The notes below the pieces were generated by a model, which worked only from the letters and a program-made list of their open reading frames with translations, had not been told where the DNA came from and searched no databases. From Octopus sinensis (taxonomy: Eukaryota): a DNA stretch of 12,456 nt. Shown piece by piece: positions 7,563 through 12,456 of the stretch (the stretch's first letter is position 1; each line of letters starts with the position of its first letter). Location: the NCBI RefSeq assembly GCF_006345805.1, contig NW_021826590.1:1-12456 (forward strand), read 5' to 3'. Made by a program: the position numbers and the translations under genes.

Positions 7563-7829
7563 GCATGCATCTATGTCATTTATATTGAGCAATGTATATA
7601 TATGTGGATTAGAAAAACAGCTGACAACTGATGAAGGGTCGTTCGTTATGTTGCTTCTCTTCTTTTCCGTTTGTTTCTTTCGTTGTTCGCAGATAAAGTT
7701 CATATTCCATGTATTCGTATTTCGTATTTCACATTTTTATATTTTATGTTGTTTACGTTCTGTGACGTCCTGTACCCACACATACATATGTATATACGAA
7801 TATATGTACGTATGTAAATATGCATATAT

Positions 7830-7899
7830 ATATATTATTTATATTATTATTATCATTATTATTATTATTATTATTATTTTATTATTATTATTATTATTA

Positions 7900-7934
<35 letters not shown>

Positions 7935-7975
7935 TATATTATTATTATCATATTATCATATTATTATTATTATTA

Positions 7976-8012
<37 letters not shown>
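7830..8012. repeat. Long interrupted (ATT)n array
   Basis: Direct reading. Confidence 0.95.
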
Positions 8013-8015
<3 letters not shown>

Positions 8016-8344
8016 CATCATTCAATATAACAGACATAGATGCATGATATGTGGACTATTTTAGAATTTATATCGATTTATAAATATATAATTTAATGCC
8101 ACAAGCAACATAGCACATTTTCTGTATTTTTTTCGTATTTGTCTGGTGCATTTTATGCTTGATATTTTGTTTATATTACTCCATATAATTTAAATTTACT
8201 AATACTTTTTATTGTTTTTAAATCTTCTTTAGAATATATACGTTTGTGTGTGTGTAAATATAAAGGTATATATATATTTAATTCATTTCTGCTTACAATT
8301 AACGTACACGCACATACACATACACGCGCATATGGTGTGTGAGT

Positions 8345-8637
8345 ACTTCATACGTTGCTAACTTTGTGATTTTTCTTTCTTTACTTCTTTACTGTTTCTC
8401 ATTCCTGCATACCTGATCGTAAAACCATTCATCACTCTACGTTTTTCGTTTCTTCCTCCGGTTTGTATCTTCCTCTCTTCATCGTTTTCTTTCCTCGTTT
8501 CATTCTGTATAAGAGCATAGACTCGAAATGTCAAAAACATTTTCATTTTTCCTGAACGTCAAACTAATACACCATATTTGTTCTTTACTCACCTGTCACT
8601 CTCTTCTGTTCTTTGTTTATTGTACAATTTTGAACTG
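8345..8637 (+). mobile_element. Degenerate short repeat, possibly a Penelope-like terminal remnant with a decayed hammerhead at 8497-8538
   Basis: Pyrimidine-rich block containing CTGTATA-A-GAG..CTC-GAAA-T-GTC, ending next to TA/TG-rich sequence. Boundaries are approximate. Confidence 0.4.
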
Positions 8638-9300
8638 TATGTGTATGAGGGAGAGGGAGAAAGAGACAGTGAGTGAGAGTGCGTATGCGCGTGTGTGTAT
8701 GTGTTGTTATTTAGGATATTCCCTGTTTCTATTTGGAAGGTGCGGGTTGTTAGTCGGGCATGTCATGGTGTGGTTAGTAATTTATCTTGTGCATTGATGT
8801 TTATTAGAGGATGTGGATAGGAACAAAATTTGTTGGTCTATATGTTACTCAATAAACAATTTAATCAATGCGTAGAAATTTCAATCTTTGTGTTTTATGC
8901 AAATAGATTTTGTGGGCTATATATGTTTGTAAATATTTCTTCAATTTTGTTTCAAACGTGGGTATTTTATGTTATTTTAGGCCTCTGGATATATGCGGAA
9001 GTGGTCACTATAAAAGATGCATATACACTCATGTATAAAATGGGAATAAAAGTAAAATTTAATTTTTTTTTTATAATTTTTTTTAAAAAGGAAAATTTAA
9101 TTTTTTTTTAAAGTATAATTTAATTTTTTTTAAATAATTTTGTTTTAAATTTTAAAATTTAAAAACAATCCCAAGGTTTAAAGTTTCTACAAATTAATTG
9201 AATTGATTATAGAACAACGAACCCCTAGAAAGGGACAAAATTTATAGATACTTTATGTGTTACCTAATGTTTGTGTGTTTGTGTGTGTGCTGGAGAGGGG

Positions 9301-9952
9301 GCGAAATTTTTTCCCACGTGAGTTCCGGACCCCAGTAATGAACTCATTTGCATACAGCCAATCAGAGCTCGCCTTGAAAATCTACATACTGTGTACTACT
9401 ACAGTACAACCAGTCAGGCATAGAATGGTGTATGCCACTCTGTGAGTATAGCATAGCAGGTCTCACATCCCCCACTCCGCCACCATCTTCATAGATCAAT
9501 TGAGCGCTGTCTCTATATGGAGCTAACATTAGGTACCTATGCTCAGACTGAGATTAGTAATACTGCATGTACCCATTGATCTATGGAAGGAGGGCGCAAT
9601 ATGACATAACGCCATTTTGATTACGATGTTCCCCATTTTAAATTAGGAATGTACAAAATCAATCAAAAAATTAAAGACTACACTCATTTACACTTTCTAG
9701 TAAATTATGCAAATTGGAAACATTTATGGCATCATCGGTGAGCAGCTCTCCATTCACTTTATACACTAAATTTCATATTTGTCACCCCTATTAACCCGTT
9801 TAGAACAGTTAAATTTTGCTATAATGCACATTTTCCACTGAACTCAACCAGAGTATTTTCGTGACTAGGTGGACACAAGTTGAGCTCTGATTGGCTGTAT
9901 GCAAATGAGTTCACAACTGGGGTCAGGAACTATCACGCGAAAAAATTTTCGC
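9301..9952. mobile_element. Segment bounded by ~70-bp imperfect inverted repeats; candidate MITE or non-autonomous DNA transposon piece
   Basis: 9301-9370 versus the reverse complement of 9882-9952 share gcgaaa(a)ttttt..gtg..agttcc.gaccccagt..tgaactcatttgcatacagccaatcagagctc. No clean TSD. (TG)-rich flanks on both sides. Confidence 0.55.
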
Positions 9953-9961
9953 AGGAGGGGG

Positions 9962-9965
<4 letters not shown>

Positions 9966-10009
<44 letters not shown>
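9966..10009. repeat. (GT)22 microsatellite
   Basis: Direct reading. Confidence 0.97.
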
Positions 10010-10010
<1 letters not shown>

Positions 10011-10050
10011 CTAGTCATTGCCGTTATCGAACCTGTTTAACACACATGCT

Positions 10051-10374
10051 GAGACCCAATTCGGTCATGACTGCACCTACAAAGTTTCCTTCCCAGGCAC
10101 AAGTCTGGGTAAGGTTGTTTAGGGAAGACCAGCAGTCACCCATGCATACCAGCCTACCCTCTCCACGCTACCAGTGTTATCCAAGGGAACGGCAAAGGCC
10201 GATACATCTTGGCACCAGTGACGTCGCAACTCATTTCTACAGATGAGTGAACTGGAGCAACGTGAAATAGTGTCTTGCTCAAGAACACAACACACGCAGC
10301 CCGGTCTGGGATTCGAACTCACAACCTCACGATCGTAAGCTCGACACTCTAACCTCTGAACAATGTGCCTTCAC
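10051..10374 (-). mobile_element. tRNA-derived SINE of a second family (~320 bp)
   Basis: Minus strand GTGAAGGCACATTGTTCAGAGGTTAGAG (degenerate A-box 10350-10362), B-box GTTCGAATCC (10309-10318), then TTCTTGAGCAAGACACT, a central motif typical of CORE/V-type SINE bodies. Abuts (CA)n at 10372-10395. Confidence 0.85.
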
Positions 10375-10739
10375 ACACACACACACACATACACAGCAGA
10401 TAAACAAAGGTACATCATGGTAAATGTAGGTAAATGAGAAATACCATATTTTATGGCATATAAAATACACATCTTTAAGAAAAATTGTCTCAAGGAAATC
10501 ACCATGAGTCCTAGATGCAAATTTACTTTAAAATTTACATGCTTATGTACATTGAAAGCTTTGTTTATTGACTAAGCACTGCTGAAAGGAGGATGTCGTC
10601 TAATACGCCTGTGCGTATTTTACGCCATCAAAGACATTAAATGTCAGAAAATTCTTTGAAAAAGCTGACAATTGTATCATTTGAAATCACGATCAGATTT
10701 ATAATTGCTTCTTGTACTGCAGAGTTAGCAAGAACGACA

Positions 10740-10800
10740 ACAAATGAAAATGATAATGACAACAACAACAATAATAACAATAGCAATAATAATAATAACA
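10740..10800. repeat. Degenerate (AAC)/(AAT)n repeat
   Basis: Direct reading. Confidence 0.85.
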
Positions 10801-10873
10801 AAATCCGAACATGTATTTCAACATTTGCTTTTATTCAGAGGAAATTTATTTTAGATTTACGTTCAATAATAAT

Positions 10874-11130
10874 ATGAAAATGGTAAACTTTGTGTTTATA
10901 ATAACTGGTGCATTGGAAACTGTAAGCAGAGATATGAGCAAATGGTTAAAGGAGATTGGAATAGAATGTTCTGTGGAGCTTCTATTGAAAACTTGCCTCT
11001 TAAAGACAAGAAAAGATTATCAGGAGGAACTCAAGCACTTGAAAGACTATTGAAAGAATATGGGTACCTAAGATAGTAACCCGCTACCCACAAATTCTAC
11101 AAAAGATAACAACAAATTTAAGTCAAATCA
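10874..11130 (+). mobile_element. Dong/R4-clade fragment F (family B/E), extreme 3' end, plus strand
   Basis: IITGALETVSRDMSKWLKEIGIECSVELLLKTCLL.T/.IIRR parallels fragment B (TVSKDIDK*LKEIEIECPVELLQKVCLLGTARIIRR). Shares 3' UTR TACCTAAG..AGTAACCCGCTACCCACA. Short (TAA)n on both sides on the plus strand. Confidence 0.85.
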
Positions 11131-11144
11131 ATGATAATAATAAT

Positions 11145-11362
11145 GATTTCAAATTTTGGCACAAGGCCAGCAATTTAGGGGAAGGGGGAAGTTAATTGCA
11201 TCGACAACAGTACTCAACTGGTACTTATTTTATCAACTCCCAAAAAGATGAAAGGCAAAGTCGACCTTGGAGGAATTTGAACTCAGAACACGAAGACAGA
11301 CGAAATACCGCTACCTACGCATTTCGCCCGACATGTTAAGGATTCTACTAGCTTGGCGTCTT
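11145..11362 (-). mobile_element. tRNA-derived SINE related to 856-1274 and 1000-1230, with an (ATT)n tail
   Basis: B-box GAGTTCAAATTCC (11272-11284); body AAGGTCGACTTTGCCTTTCATC..AAATAAGTACCAGTT; tail CCCCTAAATTGCTGGCCTTGTGCCAAAATTTGAAATC-ATTATTAT on the minus strand. Confidence 0.88.
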
Positions 11363-11434
11363 TAATAATAATAATGATAATAATAATAATAATAATAATA
11401 ATATAATAATATAATAATAATAATAATAATAATA

Positions 11435-11489
<55 letters not shown>

Positions 11490-11500
11490 TGATAATAATA
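11363..11500. repeat. (TAA)n array on the plus strand
   Basis: Direct reading. Confidence 0.97.
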
Positions 11501-11539
11501 ATCCTTTCTACTTAAGATGGCATTACAACCGCGTCGTAT

Positions 11540-11730
11540 TGGATTCTGTCCCGCTACCCCATCTTGGGCAAACGTCTTCTACTATAACATTTGGCTGAAC
11601 AATGCATTATAGGTGAATTACAGAGACAGAAACTGTGTAGAAGCTATTTGTACATATATATATGCATGCGTAGAAGTTGTGTCTTTGCATCTATGCTTGT
11701 CATCCCACCACCACCACCGCCACCAACATC
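11540..11730 (+). mobile_element. Highly degenerate SINE-like body (third family)
   Basis: ggattctgtccc (B-box-like remnant) followed by CTTGGGCAAACGTCTTCTACTATA, a CORE-like motif. Recognition is from memory of octopus SINEs only. Confidence 0.4.
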
Positions 11731-12205
11731 AACTACAACCAACTCCACATGCAAATTTCCTAAAATTTTGTCATGGAATTAGGAAATTACCATAATCCAG
11801 ACTATGGTAATAAGCGACCGATAAAAACACTTTGGAAAATAAATAAAAACATCTACACGAAAACGATTAGTGGATTTATGTATTTTTAACGACATTTTTA
11901 TGTATTTTTCATTTCATCCAGATGAGGGTACGGCCAGTAAGTACCCGTAATATTGTAATAATTATGACGTCAGTTACATTTTTTACGCCTGCTGACCTCT
12001 TACAGCTTGACGTAAGGTCTCTAACGTAAAAGAGAGCAGCCTTAGATCGTTTGTAGGTATGAAACCTTGTGCAATATTACTTAACATGACCTGTGAGATA
12101 GGGTACGGAGGACTTATAGGCTCTTTGTAAACTTCGTCTGTGTTGAAGGTTTCGTTGGTCTCTGGTTTAATTGTTTCTGGTTAAATACTTTAATATATAT
12201 ATATA

Positions 12206-12438
12206 TTTGAAACCGCGACCTGTTCAGTGACAAAATTCCGTGCTGCATCTCCGGAATTTTGTCGCGGTCTCAAAGCGACGAAAATATTTTGACAATTGAA
12301 TTTGAATGTTGAAGTGAATCTAACGGATTTGTGTGTTTCTTAAATGGCTTATAAACACCTTCCACGCTGCAATTGTTTACGTTCTTGCACAGGATCTCAG
12401 ATCAGGTCACTTACTATGCAAGTACATCGCCGTAATGA
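12206..12438 (+). mobile_element. Penelope-like terminal remnant with an inverted 5' duplication and split hammerhead motif, inserted in (TA)n
   Basis: Flanked by (TA)n at 12193-12205 and 12438-12456. Inverted arms at 12206-12240 and 12252-12274. Hammerhead halves are described in findings. Confidence 0.55.
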
Positions 12439-12456
12439 TATATATATATATATATA

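Noticed and set aside
2366-8064. ORFs with poly-Ile/Tyr/Leu/Cys/His tracts (e.g. 2366-2656, 4515-4937, 5551-5781, 6029-6238, 7010-7293, 7573-8064)
   Set aside because: They are translations of (ATT)n, (GTT)n, (TA)n and (CA)n microsatellites, not proteins.
8995-9016. ETS-like GCGGAAGTG followed by TATAAAAG as a core promoter
   Set aside because: No initiator or downstream exon is visible, and TATA-like words are expected by chance in such AT-rich DNA.
9045-9185. Extremely AT-rich tract of A/T runs
   Set aside because: Low-complexity sequence with no consistent period or structure.
9292-9962. 8-bp hAT-type TSD (AGAGGGGG / GGAGGGGG) around the inverted pair
   Set aside because: One mismatch, low complexity and 2 nt out of register with the inverted-repeat ends.
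10300-10374. tRNA gene
   Set aside because: A/B boxes are present, but there is no acceptor or anticodon stem and it continues into a SINE body; it is a SINE head.
11989-12040. Three-way junction (CTGCT/AGCAG closing two hairpins) as a structured RNA
   Set aside because: Short stems with no ribozyme or known ncRNA core on either strand; plausible by chance.
1-12456. CRISPR array, retron or other prokaryotic system
   Set aside because: No regularly spaced repeat-spacer units, operon structure or bacterial-type genes; the RT fragments are eukaryotic non-LTR type.

Overview
AT-rich eukaryotic non-coding DNA made almost entirely of nested transposable-element remnants and microsatellites. No host gene exon, RNA gene or CRISPR array is supported. 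The tRNA-derived SINE types, abundant Dong/R4 LINE fragments and (ATT)n/(TA)n/(CA)n landscape suggest a coleoid cephalopod, most likely Octopus (inference from recalled repeat families, not a search). Left to right: a Helitron 3' end (to 278); a decayed L1/Tx1-clade ORF2 3' end (596-1819) interrupted by a SINE that is itself interrupted by an antisense SINE with a 16-bp TSD; a same-orientation train of 5'-truncated Dong/R4-clade RLE retrotransposons from at least four families plus one non-coding passenger, separated by (TAA)n arrays (1886-6062); then short repeats including several minimal type-I hammerhead-ribozyme-like motifs (best at 6718-6769 and 12206-12295), a 205-bp near-perfect palindrome, an inverted pair of octamer/CCAAT modules, more SINEs and a plus-strand Dong 3' end. 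Most listed ORFs are microsatellite read-through or frameshifted Dong ORF pieces. The most notable signals are the hammerhead-bearing Penelope/retrozyme-like remnants and an apparent cascade in which (ATT)n tails of Tx1/SINE elements become landing pads for Dong elements.
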